Source: Waddliaceae bacterium (GTDB lineage: Bacteria; Chlamydiota; Chlamydiia; Chlamydiales; SLFE01). Taken from it: DNA of 64,000 nucleotides. Below, piece by piece: positions 47,190-59,100 of this stretch; the stretch's first letter is position 1; each line of letters begins with the position of its first letter. Under the pieces are notes generated by a model. The model was not told where the DNA came from. It saw only the letters and a program-made list of their open reading frames with translations, and searched no databases. The stretch is from NCBI GenBank assembly GCA_963771045.1, contig CAVYRW010000004.1, positions 1,504,001 to 1,568,000 of the forward strand. Reading direction: 5' to 3'. The position numbers and the translations under genes are program-made.

Positions 47190-47838
47190 TTCAAAGCGCA
47201 CCTATTGGTTTCATCTTCACACGGATTATACAGACGGCTTTTTAACGGTCGAAGATTATTTCAAAATGGCAAAACAACACTCTGTTGAGGAATTGATCTT
47301 CTTAGAACACATCAGGCGTCAGCCTAATTACGATGTAGACGAGTTTGTCAATACGGTGAAAAATCATTCAAAAGAATACCATATAAAATCTCGAGTCGGC
47401 TTCGAAGCGAAAATACTTGAAGACGGCACTCTCGACATCTCGGATGAACACCTCGAATTGTCGGAGATCATTGGCATCGCAGAACATGGATTTCCCGCAA
47501 ATACCGCACTTTTTATATCAGCCTGGGAAAAAGCGATCAATTTTGCCAATAAAAACATCCTTCCCCAAAAAGAGGTTGTCTGGGTTCATCCGGGGCTGTT
47601 TTTTCGTAAAAATCGATTATTGACCACATATCAAAAAGAATACCATCAAATGCTGAGGCATGCCTTAGACAAGGGCGTGCAACTCGAATACAATCTGAAA
47701 TATCAGTTGTTTGAAGGTTCAAAGCTTCCGCATGTACTGGGCATTGACGCGCATCGTAAGAGCGATATAGAACGCTGGGAAAAACATCTAAAAATTAAGC
47801 GCTTGTTCAAACACCAGCCGGTTAGCTTCGGCGTTTAA
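47164..47838 (+). CDS. PHP-domain metallohydrolase
   Basis: HLHTDYTDG, LEH, GFEAK, AEH, WVHP and GIDAH motifs. Confidence 0.8.
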   Translation: MMEKCRLSDSKRTYWFHLHTDYTDGFLTVEDYFKMAKQHSVEELIFLEHIRRQPNYDVDEFVNTVKNHSKEYHIKSRVGFEAKILEDGTLDISDEHLELSEIIGIAEHGFPANTALFISAWEKAINFANKNILPQKEVVWVHPGLFFRKNRLLTTYQKEYHQMLRHALDKGVQLEYNLKYQLFEGSKLPHVLGIDAHRKSDIERWEKHLKIKRLFKHQPVSFGV

Positions 47839-48915
47839 ATCTTTTGCGGCTTTATGAGCATTTTCTTTCATCGTTTTAATCTCTTCTGCTGATAAGCTGT
47901 TCAGCTTATCAGCCAGCGACGCTGGATCAAAATCCTGAGAAACGACGCCGCATTGATAATGCTCAATGATATTTCTCATCATAGGGGAAGGGCCTATAGC
48001 GATTGAAAGGCGCGCCTGAATGAATTCGAATAATTTGTTGGGAAGTCCATTTAAATAGTTGAAATTAACCGGAGGTAAAAGATACACCCCCATGTCATAT
48101 TGATGGGTAAAGGGAACGATATCCTTCATAGCAACAGGACTGAGGAACCGAATTTTTTGATTGCCTTCAGCTAATTTTTTGATTGAATCGATATAACATT
48201 TATCGCCGGGCATTAAAATCAGATCCATCTCAAAACGGCTGTCAAGATAAGTAGATAATTCAATAATCTTATCAAGAGACCTTGAGGGGGTTGCCACTCC
48301 ATGATAAATCAAACGAATCCTTTTGGAATCAACATCTGTAGGCTTAAGATCAAAAAAATCAGGCGCATTTGTCACCACTTTGGGCAAGGGAATAGCAAAT
48401 GCCCGGCTATATTTTTGGGCGATGGCGGAATTGACTGCGACCATAGAATCAACATGTTTTAAATAGGTGCGGCAAAGCCAAACGACATAATTTTTAATGA
48501 GCAGCCTCCAAAGAAACCTGTCGGTAAATTCTTCTGGAGAATACTCATGAGCGTCAAGAAGAATTTTACCTCCCCGTCGATAGGCATGGGCAATAGGAAG
48601 AGGATCGAGATCATTCACAATAATGACATCAAAGGGATCCGCAAGAGTATTTTCTAAAAGCTCCTTAAGCTGTTTGACAAGTTCATTTGTCCAATAATAC
48701 TTTTGATACCGCCTGAATAAGAGAAGAAACCCTCGCATGATTTTTTTAACCAACGTGCGCGGCGTTGCCAGGTTCAAATTAAAATGCCGCTCTACACGCG
48801 ATCGGGGCGCTCCCAGTCCCACGGTGGTCACAGAATGCCCTTGAAGCCACTGAATTTGTCTCGACACCCGTGGATCTCTGGCAAGATCGGAAAAGCTGAT
48901 GATCAATACTTTCAT
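47788..48915 (-). CDS. Glycosyltransferase (GT4-like, capsular polysaccharide type)
   Basis: DPRV.RQ, DAHEY and NY.NGLPNKLFEFIQARL motifs. Confidence 0.88.
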   Translation of the reverse strand: MKVLIISFSDLARDPRVSRQIQWLQGHSVTTVGLGAPRSRVERHFNLNLATPRTLVKKIMRGFLLLFRRYQKYYWTNELVKQLKELLENTLADPFDVIIVNDLDPLPIAHAYRRGGKILLDAHEYSPEEFTDRFLWRLLIKNYVVWLCRTYLKHVDSMVAVNSAIAQKYSRAFAIPLPKVVTNAPDFFDLKPTDVDSKRIRLIYHGVATPSRSLDKIIELSTYLDSRFEMDLILMPGDKCYIDSIKKLAEGNQKIRFLSPVAMKDIVPFTHQYDMGVYLLPPVNFNYLNGLPNKLFEFIQARLSIAIGPSPMMRNIIEHYQCGVVSQDFDPASLADKLNSLSAEEIKTMKENAHKAAKDLNAEANRLVFEQALNF

Positions 48916-48935
48916 TGCACGAAAATGATAACAAA

Positions 48936-49532
48936 CTATCGTTTATACTTGAAATACAAATAACCTAGCAAAACGACGGCAATGACTACTGAAATTCCGA
49001 TATCGAAATAGTGCCCAAGATACTTGAAGTACTGAGACCAGGCTTCTCCAAAGAAGTATCCAAGAGACATAAACAGCGTAGCCCAGATGATCGATCCGCT
49101 ATAAGCGAACAAGGCAAACTCGTGGTATTTGAGGCTGGTGAACCCCGCTGATAGCCCCGTAAAGTGGCGCACCCCGGGAATGAAATAGCCAAAAAATAGC
49201 GTCCACTTGCCATAATGCTCAAACCAGCTGTGCATCGCGTCCATTTTTCCATCGGTGATGCCGATTTTATTGCCATATTTTTTGAATAAATAGATTCCTA
49301 CAAAAGAGCCCGCAAGATAGCTCACAGTAATGCCGCAAATGGGGCCTGCGTATCCGGCAATAATTGTCGGCGCTATGTACAAGTCCCCCTGACTCATCAG
49401 AATACCGGCAGTAATCAGAAGAGTTTCATCGGGAATGGGCAATCCGATAATTCCCAGAGCCAAGAGTCCAAATATGATAATGCTGCCATATTGCAAAATC
49501 CAGGAAATGAAAGGCTCGGACAAATGCTCCAT
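48936..49532 (-). CDS. DedA family membrane protein
   Basis: GLPIPDETLL..AG, FEHYG, FIPGVRH and AG motifs. Confidence 0.92.
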   Translation of the reverse strand: MEHLSEPFISWILQYGSIIIFGLLALGIIGLPIPDETLLITAGILMSQGDLYIAPTIIAGYAGPICGITVSYLAGSFVGIYLFKKYGNKIGITDGKMDAMHSWFEHYGKWTLFFGYFIPGVRHFTGLSAGFTSLKYHEFALFAYSGSIIWATLFMSLGYFFGEAWSQYFKYLGHYFDIGISVVIAVVLLGYLYFKYKR

Positions 49533-49620
49533 AGATGGATATCCCCTCCCCGAAACTAATGATTCAAATGAAAATAGTCAACTGTCAGAAGAAGCAGGAT
49601 CTTGTTTTTTAGAATCAATC

Positions 49621-50963
49621 TTAAGAAATTGATTTGACACCTGGAATATTGGCATCTTTGAAATTGAGTGCGTAGTAAACTTTGTACACATGAAGCTCGA
49701 TATCTTCTTTGCACTCTAAAAGAGCTTTCCACGTGTTATCGACGACTTCCGGAGAAAATGCTTCCTTAACAGATTTTTCTTCTTCAGCTATGAAATTTTC
49801 ATTGCTCTGTACCCAAAATCGTTTTAGAGCAGAAAAAAATGTGCTTCTCTGCTCTTCGTCTTTCAAACTCCCAACTGAGAAAGATCAATAGGAATATCAA
49901 CTTCGCGGATTGGCCCCCATTCTTCTTTATCGGACTCATATCTCCCCAAAGCGAGATGGCAAATAGACTGGTCATCTTTCGATTCCCAATTGACCCTAGA
50001 AATCAGCAGGTAATTTGCGGTTTCTTTCCAGATCTTACCACCAAATCCTTTTTTCAAAGTCTCGGGTATTATTTGGCGTTCAATTTTTTTCATAAATTTC
50101 TTATTTTCTCGCACCATTCTACCTACTTTTCCCGCTAGAGAGTATCCCTCAACATCATCGGGATTCTTTCCCGAAAGTTCGAATGAATCGGTGAGCATTT
50201 GAATATTCCCCAAAACAGCTTGTTCTATAAAACCTCGAATCGTAACACTCGCACATTCTATCGCCTTCTGTTGCGTTTCATCATCAACATTTAAGTCAAT
50301 GAAAAACTTGAATACTTTCACGTAGGCACTGTCAAGGCTGTTCGCTTTCTCCTGAAAATCTTCGGGAAGTTTTCCTTCCGATTCTAAGGATTGGGCCGTT
50401 TTGTCATAGAGGTCTTCAACGTCTCCCAAAAACTTTTGAAATTGCCACTCTGAAAGAAGCGTTTTCAATGAACAATGTAAAAAGAATTGGTTCCTCATCT
50501 TTGGGGATTGGAAAAATGCGATTTGCCTGCTCCAAGGTTTTTTGAAATTGAACAATCGGTTTTTTTTGGCTTTTTGTTAAGAAGGGCCAAACCTCTTTAA
50601 ACATTTCATCGCGTGTCACTTCTGATTTAGTCCCTTTTTTGTCTTGAATCATGATAGGTTTACCAGATTTTGCTTTTTCTAAAAGAGCCGTATAATCATT
50701 TTTGGAGTAGATAGGGTGATATCATAGACAAGATTTTGGCAATGGCCGACTGCACAGAGCGGACTAAGAAAACCAGAGCAGAAGAGACGAAGTTTATGCG
50801 TCCCTATAAGACTTTTCAGTGTTGTTGACCCCTTCGCTTCGGTTTTAAGAGCTTCTTTTCGAACCTTTTTAATCTTATCATTTTTTGAAGATGGCTCTGA
50901 GGCTTGCGGTGTTTCTTTGTTTGAAATGGGTTTAGAAGACCCTTTATAAGGATTTATTTTCAT
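49621..50963 (-). pseudogene. Fragmented hypothetical (effector-like) gene
   Basis: Four collinear ORF pieces (50679-50963, 50416-50652, 49863-50555, 49621-49866) downstream of an AT-rich promoter. Ser/Pro/Lys-rich N-terminus. Confidence 0.55.
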
Positions 50964-51091
50964 AAATTAACATTTATTATTTTATTTATTATTATATCAT
51001 TTAATAAAATAAATGTTAATTTAAATAATTATTTAATTAGCATGGACAAACAAAATGTAGATTTGTGCAAAAAAGTGGTAATTTGGCGTAT

Positions 51092-51841
51092 TTATGGCGG
51101 AGTTTTTCGCCATTTTCGTCTTTTTATAGGCGTCCATGCGGCGTCCCGGTATTGCTTGGCGGCGCAGGTGGGATCAGGAGCCTGCGTAATCCCCCGTCCG
51201 ACTATGATGATATCGGTTCCCCGCTCAAGAATGGCCGATTCAGGGGTGAGATATTGCTGGCCAAGGGCATCTCCGCCGCCTTCCAGCTTGACTCCCGGGG
51301 TCATGTGAATGAATCCGTCGCAAAGCCTTTCGGTGCAGATGAAGCCGATGACAAATTGGCTGTGCTTTTTGGCAAGCTCGATGCATTTTCTGGTATACTC
51401 TCCGGTAGCGAGATTGTCTTTAGAGCTCATTTGAGCGAGAAGAAGAAGGCCGTTTCCTTTAGGCTGGCCGATTTTTGCCAGCCCTTCGATGATGCCCGGA
51501 CCGGGAATGATGTGGGCATTGGTAATTTTCGCCCAATCGGCGATGCGGTAAATTCCCCCGCTATATTGATGAAGCACGGTATTGCCGATATCGGCGAATT
51601 TTCGGTCTTCAAAGATGAAAAAGTGATGAACTTTTGCGATATCATAAAGCCTTTTTGTCACTTCAGGAGTAAAGTCTTCCACAATGTCGATATGGGTTTT
51701 GAGGACGCATATGTAGGGACCGAGAGTTTCAGCGAGCTTAAGCAATTCTTTGGAAGTAGTCACATCTGCCGAAAGGCAAAGCTGTGTCTCTTTTTCTTCG
51801 ATAATCGTGCGGATTTCTTTGACCAAAGGATGGGCTATCAT
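51092..51841 (-). CDS. pyrF: Orotidine-5'-phosphate decarboxylase (eukaryote/UMPS-type)
   Basis: LCLSADV, VLKTHIDI, FEDRKFADIGNTV, MTPGV, LGQQY and IIIVGRGI motifs. Confidence 0.96.
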   Translation of the reverse strand: MIAHPLVKEIRTIIEEKETQLCLSADVTTSKELLKLAETLGPYICVLKTHIDIVEDFTPEVTKRLYDIAKVHHFFIFEDRKFADIGNTVLHQYSGGIYRIADWAKITNAHIIPGPGIIEGLAKIGQPKGNGLLLLAQMSSKDNLATGEYTRKCIELAKKHSQFVIGFICTERLCDGFIHMTPGVKLEGGGDALGQQYLTPESAILERGTDIIIVGRGITQAPDPTCAAKQYRDAAWTPIKRRKWRKTPP

Positions 51842-52473
51842 AAATTTATCCTGTTGTCTTTAATGAATTCCATGACTAAACGGTATTGTTTCAGCGAGAT
51901 TTTCTCTTTCTTCTCAAGAGTGGTCAAAATTTCAGAAAGGGTGAGCAATGGATGCACGCAATACCCCAGTGATTCAAGTTTTTCGCGTCCTCCCTGCTCG
52001 CGGTCGATCAATAAAACGATATCTTTGACGACAAGTCCTTCCTCTTCTAGAGGCTTGGCCGTTTCCAAAATGCTGGCGCCGCTGGTGATGAGATCCTCGA
52101 TAATGAGACACTGCTGCCCCGCAAAATATTCTCCTTCGATCTTTTTCTTCGTTCCGTGGTCTTTGATTTCTTTTCTGCACAAGATCATGGGAAGTCCTTT
52201 GGCAATCGACAAATAGCTCGAAAAAACAACAGCTGTCAATGGGACCCCGCAGATGAGGTCGAATTTGAAGCTTTGCATCTTGCTCCACATGGCTTCCAAT
52301 AATTTTTTGAGAACCTGGGGATAGGTTATCGTTTTTCTAAGGTCGATATAAAGCGGCGACATCATGCCGCTTTTGAGCTTAAACTCTCCGAACTGCACCA
52401 CGCCTATCTTATAAAGCATTTCAACGAGTTCTTCGGTATTGGGAGCATTCTGGCGACATGTCGAAAGCAACAT
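51838..52473 (-). CDS. pyrE: Orotate phosphoribosyltransferase
   Basis: FGEFKLKSG..SPLYIDLR, RKEIKDHGT and IIEDLITSGAS motifs. Confidence 0.96.
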   Translation of the reverse strand: MLLSTCRQNAPNTEELVEMLYKIGVVQFGEFKLKSGMMSPLYIDLRKTITYPQVLKKLLEAMWSKMQSFKFDLICGVPLTAVVFSSYLSIAKGLPMILCRKEIKDHGTKKKIEGEYFAGQQCLIIEDLITSGASILETAKPLEEEGLVVKDIVLLIDREQGGREKLESLGYCVHPLLTLSEILTTLEKKEKISLKQYRLVMEFIKDNRINL

Positions 52474-52503
52474 TGTTCATCTTGTCTATCAAAAAATCTC
52501 CTT

Positions 52504-53589
52504 TCATAATTCTCTCCCTTGGAGGTGCCATCGATATGCAAGATAAGGATCCCACATCATCCCCGTCGCGGTGAGGGCGGCTTTAGCTCCTGCATTTAAA
52601 AATTGATCGAAATGATTTTCTTGTGTCATGCCCCCGCAGCCCATAATCTCCAGATCCAATTTATGATTGTCGATAATGGTACGACATTGTTGTATAAATG
52701 ACAAGGCCAGCGGCCTAATGGGGTCGCCGCAGATTCCGCTTTGCAGCCTGTTTTCACCAAGAGCCGCCCCCCCTTTTTGGTCGATGACCTTCATCGGAAT
52801 GGTGTTGATTCCGCAAACGGACCGAACCCCGGCTTTTGCTAGGGATAAAAGCACAGGCTCTAGTTTTGCAGGATTTTTAAAAATGCCCATCTTAACAATT
52901 AGCGGGGTCGGCTTGATGGTGTCTGCAATTTTTTTAGCGAGGCTGTACGAGGCTTCGGGATCGCTGTAGAGTGCGCCGCCTGAGGAAACATTAGGACAAG
53001 AAAAATTGGCTTCGATCAGGTGCGCCCCGCTGTTTTTCGCAAGAAGGGCGGCGTTGATAAATCCGCGGCTCATTTCTTCGAAAGAATCCCCCGATCCGAA
53101 TACCGACACAATCAAAACCTGTCCCTTTTCAAGGGCATGGGCCGCCAGGTGGATGTCCATTTCTAGATACTCGGGCTTTCGGGAAGGGTTGCCGAAAGAA
53201 TTGGTGATTGCAAGCTGCTCGCCTCGGCAATCGATAGGGGCGACCTGTAGTCTCCGATCCTCTCTTGCGTGATGCTGCCTCCGGTATCGACAAACATCAC
53301 ATTAGGCAATGGGTGGCTAGGGCATTCGCACTCCCTGATAGTCTTATAGATGACAATATCGAATCCGAGCCTTGCAGCAAGGGTTGTCCATTTAGAGTTT
53401 AACAAAGGACCTGCGGGGACACCTATTGGAGACGCTACCTGAAATCCCAAAAAGTCAATCCACTCGGATTCCGGCTTCCATACCCTATCGGGAATTGAAT
53501 CGGTGAAAAAAGGGCCGCTTTCGGCATTTTCAAGGTAGGTCTTCTGAATGTCGTAAATCGGCAATGCGGCCGTTATAAGTTTCTGACAT
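52504..53589 (-). pseudogene. pyrD: Dihydroorotate dehydrogenase-like protein, frameshifted
   Basis: SPIGVPAGP, YKT, TNSFGNPS, EANFSCPN, INT, SGICG and GCGG motifs. Probable ATG at 53589. Frameshifts near 53576 and 53250. Confidence 0.8.
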
Positions 53590-54816
53590 ATGATTTCCTG
53601 AGTTTCATATAGATTGTCTTTCAGGATAGTGCAGACTGGCCATCCTTTGAGCCGCCTGCCGTGGTACGGCGACCATTGGCATTTTGTTTTTAGCTCAGCA
53701 TCGTCGACCATTTTTTCCAAGTTGAGGTCGACAAGGACAGCGTCGTAGCTTGGCTCCAACCGAAAAACCTCTTTGGCCCGCTGGCTTGTCAGCTCGATAA
53801 CACGCTGCAATGAGATCAGCCCTTTGGAAACAGCATCAAGCATCAAGGGGAGCATGAGTTCGATACTCGGAACCCCCGAAGGGGCCTCTCCATAAGGGCT
53901 TAGCTTTTCGTCAAGAGTATGGGGGGCGTGGTCGGTTCCAAGAAAGTCAATGATACCGTCGTTAATGCCTTTCCAGAGGGCCAAACGGTCCGACTCGGTC
54001 CTTAAAGGAGGGTTCATTTGGACTTTTGTCCCGTTTTGAACGTAATCGCTCTCATCCAAAAAAAGATGATGCGGCGCCACTTCGGCAAAAACTTTCACGC
54101 CGCTCGCTTTTCCCTGCCTCACCAGTTCCACTTCGTCAGAGGTGCTCATATGAAGAATGCACAGTCTGGCATCATACTTTTTAGCAAGAGAGATAGCCTT
54201 CGACGTCGCCCTGGCGGCAGCGCTCCGATCCCTGATTTTTGAATGAACGGAAGGGTCGGAAAAATTATCTTTGTATTTGAAACGGTTTGCCCGGATGACA
54301 GCTTCGTCTTCGGCATGGACGGAGATCATCAAGCCATATTTGGATCCAAGCTGAAAAATCCTTTCGAGATCCTCATCTTTATCCATAAGCAGGTTTCCTG
54401 TGCTGCACCCCATAAAAACTTTGATGCCGACAATCTCCTGCAGGCATTTAGGGATTTCATCAAAATGATGTTTGTCGGCGCCAAGATATAAGTGATACCT
54501 TAGCGGAATATCGACAGACTCGAAGCTTTCTGTCGATAATCTTTTTTTTATCCTGTAAATTTTCCCAAGAAATGCAGGGAGGATTGTTATTCGGCATATC
54601 GAAAACAGTCGTCACCCCTCCCGCTACAGCTGCCTGCGCCCCTGTCCCCCAATCCTCTTTATAATCGTGGCCGGGCTGCCGAAAATGCACATGGGTGTCA
54701 ATCAAAGCGGGCAGCAGGGTCAACCCCTCGGCATTGATTTCCAGTTTCAGTTGATTGGGAAGTTCGACATCGGAAACATTTCCTCTGATATCTCGCACAT
54801 TTTTTAATCTGATCAT
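53573..54816 (-). pseudogene. pyrC: Dihydroorotase, frameshifted
   Basis: IDTHVHFRQPG, AGGVTTVFDMPN, VHAED, EVAPHHL, MNPPLR and GTDHAPH motifs. +1 frameshift near 54521. Confidence 0.88.
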
Positions 54817-55278
54817 CTAAATTATCTCGTCCTGCATATAGGTTTTTTCACAATATTTGCATCGAAGAACGTTATTTTTTCCGGCCGGTATCACATAGAA
54901 GAGGCGGTCGGTTTTTTCGTAGTTGGTCACGCAGGAAGGATTGGGACATTGGATAACATTTTCTACAAGCGAAGGGAGCGATACGGAAAATTTTTCCGCC
55001 ACAACACCATCTCTAATGATTGCCACTGTTGTTGAGGGGGCGAAAACAGCCAACTTGGACGCCTCTTCAGGAGTCAGCTCTAATCCCTCAATTTTAATCA
55101 TATCCTTTTTTCCCATAGTGGGACTGAAAAGGTTCAGTCCAATGGTGACGCAAACTTTAAATTTATCAAGTCTAAGCAGCCGGTATAGCCGCATTCCCTG
55201 TCCGGCGGGAATATGATCGACCACGGTTCCGTGGCTAATCGCTGCCAGAGCTAATGTTTCGTCAAGAGTGATTGTCAC
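54817..55278 (-). CDS. pyrI: Aspartate carbamoyltransferase regulatory chain
   Basis: GTVVDHIPAG, KKDMIKIE, CPNPSCVTN and CKYCEK motifs. Confidence 0.96.
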   Translation of the reverse strand: MTITLDETLALAAISHGTVVDHIPAGQGMRLYRLLRLDKFKVCVTIGLNLFSPTMGKKDMIKIEGLELTPEEASKLAVFAPSTTVAIIRDGVVAEKFSVSLPSLVENVIQCPNPSCVTNYEKTDRLFYVIPAGKNNVLRCKYCEKTYMQDEII

Positions 55279-56198
55279 AGGCTTCCTCCCAGCAATAATT
55301 TCAAGACCGCCTGCCTCACGGGGATGCCGTTGCAGGCCTGATGAAAATAATACGCATGCTCGGTCTCGTCTATCGAAGGATCCAGTTCATCGACCCGGGG
55401 CAAAGGGTGGAGGATGCGCAGGTTCGGTTTGGCATTCTCTAACAAGGCGGGCTTTAAAAAGTACCCTTTTCTCGAGAAAGGGAGCTCATTAGAAGAGAGC
55501 ATTCTTTCTTTCTGTATGCGTGTCATATAAAGGATATCCAGTTTGCCAATCACCTCGTCCAAAGATTGATGGAAGGAAAACAGAACGCTGGCATTTTTCA
55601 GTTCGCGGCAGATGTCTTCGGGAAGCTCCAGAGAGGGAGGCGAAATGAAGTACATGCGGATGTTGAAATAGGCAGAGGCCTGAACTAGCGAGTGCACAGC
55701 TCTTCCGTTTTTTAAATCCCCCATCCAGGCGACATGAAGCCTGTCGAGAGTTCCCTGGCTCTCTCGTATGGAAAACAAATCGAGAAGCGTTTGAGTCGGA
55801 TGTTCATTGGCGCCGTCGCCGGCATTGATGATCGGTTTGTCTGTCACATCCGCGGCAAGCTTAGCGGCTCCCATGAGAGGATGTCTGATCACAATCGCAT
55901 CGACATATCCGCTGACAATTTTGATGGTATCGTGCAGCGACTCCCCTTTTTGCAGCGAGGTTGATTTGTCATCGGTAAAGCCGATCACATCGCCCCCAAG
56001 GCGTTTCATTGCCGATTCAAAAGACAAACGGGTTCTTGTCGATGGCTCAAAAAAACAGATGCCGAGGAGTTTTCCTTTGAGTAAATCAGGAGGGAATTCT
56101 TTTTTAAACATTTCCGCCTCGTCCAGGATTGCGGTAATATCGTTTCGATCCAGATCTCGGATAGAAATTAAATGTTGTTTACATGTTGTAGCTGACAT
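55275..56198 (-). CDS. pyrB: Aspartate carbamoyltransferase catalytic chain
   Basis: FFEPSTRTRLSF, INAGDG..EHPTQ, TRIQKER and HPLPR motifs. Confidence 0.97.
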   Translation of the reverse strand: MSATTCKQHLISIRDLDRNDITAILDEAEMFKKEFPPDLLKGKLLGICFFEPSTRTRLSFESAMKRLGGDVIGFTDDKSTSLQKGESLHDTIKIVSGYVDAIVIRHPLMGAAKLAADVTDKPIINAGDGANEHPTQTLLDLFSIRESQGTLDRLHVAWMGDLKNGRAVHSLVQASAYFNIRMYFISPPSLELPEDICRELKNASVLFSFHQSLDEVIGKLDILYMTRIQKERMLSSNELPFSRKGYFLKPALLENAKPNLRILHPLPRVDELDPSIDETEHAYYFHQACNGIPVRQAVLKLLLGGSL

Positions 56199-59100
56199 AC
56201 TCCTTCCATGATTTTACTGGGATTTTATCGACGTCAAGCTCTTGCAGGCAGTGCAAAAAAAGCAATGCGATCTGCATATTGGTGATCAGGGGAATATTAT
56301 GATCGATCGCAAGACGTCTGATTGTGAATCCATCCGTGATGATTTTCGGGCTGATATTGGTCGGGATATTGACAATCAGGTCGACGTCCCGACTAGCGAT
56401 TGTTGTCTTAATATTGGGTTCCAGCGAGTCGCTAGCTTTGTATAAAAAACGGCATGCAACGCCGTTTCTGACGAGATAATCGTGAGTGTTTTCCGTTGCG
56501 TAAAGCTTCCACCCGGAAGCCTCAAGAAACTTGAGGACATCGAGGAACCTTCCCTTTTTATCCCCTCCGATACTGACAAGAATCCGTTTTCCCGCAATCT
56601 TTTGCCCCGTGGCCATCCAGGAATGGTAAAAGGCTTCATACAAATTCTGCCCCAGGCAGGCCACCTCGCCGGTCGAAGCCATTTCCACCTGCGCGACAGG
56701 ATTGGCCCCTTTGAGCCTGTTGTAGGAAAATTGCGGAGTCTTCACCCCTACATGTTCCAATTCAAGAGTCTCATACCACTTAGGTAAAGGCCGGTCCATC
56801 ATGGCCTTAACAGCGATGTCGATAAAGTTTTGATTCGTGACTTTTGAGACAAAAGGAAACGAGCGGGAGGCCCGGGCATTGCACTCGATCACTTTCAAAC
56901 CGTTTTCCTTGGCGATAAACTGAATGTTGAAAGGCCCCGTGATGTTTAGAGCTTCGGCAATTTTGCGGGCAATCTGCTTAGCCCGCCGTATGGTTTCGAG
57001 ATAAAGACGCTGCGGGGGAATGACAACCGTGGCATCTCCCGAATGAACACCGGCGTTTTCCACATGTTCGGTGATGGCATGAACAACGATTTTTCCCTTT
57101 TTGGCCACGCCGTCGATCTCAAGCTCCTTGCCGTTTGAGATAAATTGGGAAATGACCACCGGATGTCCGCGGGACACCAGCGCCGCTTCACTCAAATACG
57201 ATTCGAGCTCATCTTCGCTGTGCACCACATTCATGGCTGCTCCCGAGAGCACATAAGAGGGTCTGACAAGAATGGGATAGTGGACCTTTTTGGCAAAACT
57301 TTTAGCCTGGGCCAGGGTCTTCACTTCAGCCCAGGCGGGCTGATCGATAGCCAGCCGGCCTAGAAGGGAGGAAAACTCTTTCCGATTTTCGGCCCGGTCG
57401 ATCATATCCGTCGGAGTCCCCAAAATAGGATAGCCATTTTTGCTAAGAGGCGAGGCCAGGTTATTGGCTGCCTGTCCTCCAACGCTGATCATAATGGATT
57501 TGGGATTTTCGAAGTCGGCGATATCGGCGACTCTTTCAAGGGAGAGCTCCTCAAAGTAAAGCCGTTCCGATTCGTCATAATCTGTCGAAACGGTCTCAGG
57601 GATTAGAGTTGATCATAATCGGCGACTCGCCAAGTTTTCGAAAACTCTTGAGAGCGTTGACGGCACACCAATCGAATTCGACGGAAGAGCCGATGCAATA
57701 AGGTCCCGAACCGAGAATAATGACAGGTGATTTTTGGGACGGATCGACATCATGGGCCGAGCCGTGATACGTCAAATAAAGGTAGTTGGTTTGAGCGGCG
57801 AACTCCCCGGCCAATGTATCGATCTGCTTCACAAAAGGAGAGACATTCCATTTTTTGCGCTTCCTCCGCACCTCGTCTTCATCCATTTTGGCAAACTCGG
57901 CTATAGCGGCATCGGAAAATCCGAGTTTTTTAGCCTCGAGAAGGAGATTTTTTGAGAGCTCTTCCCCGCAGACGCGTTTTTCCATATCCACAAGACTTTT
58001 CAGATGATGGAGAAACCATGTGTTGATTCTTGACAGGTCATGGATCTCATCGACGGATTTCCCCTTCTTTAAAAACTGATAAAGCGCAAAGAGGCGGCGG
58101 TCGGTGGCATTGACAATCTCATCTTTTAATGAAGGGATCGGCCGAGGATAATCGTGCAGACCCGTTTGACCAATCGAGAGCATGCGGACCGCTTTTTGCA
58201 AAGCTTCAGGAAATGTCCTGCCAATCCCCATCACCTCGCCAACACTTTTCATCTCGGAGCCGATGCGGCGGTCGGCCGATTTGAACTTTTGGATATCCCA
58301 ACGGGGCATTTTCACCACAATGTAATCGAGGGCCGGCTCAAAAAAGGCCGAAGTCTCCTTAGTTACCTGATTGCGCAGCTCGTCAAGCCGTTTTCCCAAA
58401 GCCAGCTTTGCCGCTACAAAGGCAATCGGATATCCAGTCGCCTTCGAGGCCAAAGCGCTGGATCTGGAAAGGCGCGCATTCACTTCAATCACCCTGTAAT
58501 CGCCGTTTTCGGGATTGAGTGCATACTGAATATTGCACTCGCCGATAACACCCAGTTTTCGCACGGTTTTAAGGGCTACTGAGCGCAAGAAGTGATATTC
58601 CTGATTGGTCAGGGTTTGCGAGGGGGCAACAACAATACTTTCCCCTGTATGAATTCCCATGGGATCGAAATTTTCCATATTGCAAATCGTCACAGCGTTG
58701 TCATCAGAGTCGCGCATTACCTCATATTCTATCTCCTTCCAACCAAACAGATACTCTTCGATCAAAATCTGCGGCGCATGGCTCAAGGCTTCCCTTGCCC
58801 TGTCGATTAGCTGCTGTTCGCTTTCGATCTTCCCTGAACCAAGTCCTCCCAAAGAAAATCCCGAGCGGATCATCAGAGGATAACCGATCAGCTTGGCCGC
58901 ATCCAAGGCCTCACTGACTGAATGAACGCTAAAGCTGCGGGGAGTTTTCACATCAATTTCTTTTAAACAGTCTTTAAAAAGCTGACGATCTTCAGTCGTC
59001 AGTACCGTCTCTACGGAAGTTCCGAGGACTTTGACGCCATGCTTTTTAAGAACACCCGACTTCCAAAGTTCTATCCCGAGATTCAGGGCTGTCTGCCCAC

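Noticed and set aside
51065..52216. 383-aa + strand ORF
   Set aside because: Antisense shadow of pyrE/pyrF with no recognisable motifs. The same applies to the many short antisense ORFs in the track.
53163..54413. Apparent novel PyrC-PyrD fusion protein
   Set aside because: Deleting one base at 53576 creates a pyrC stop (...QKL*) and puts an RBS-preceded ATG at 53589 in frame (MSETLTAALPIYDI). The fusion is best explained by a single insertion.
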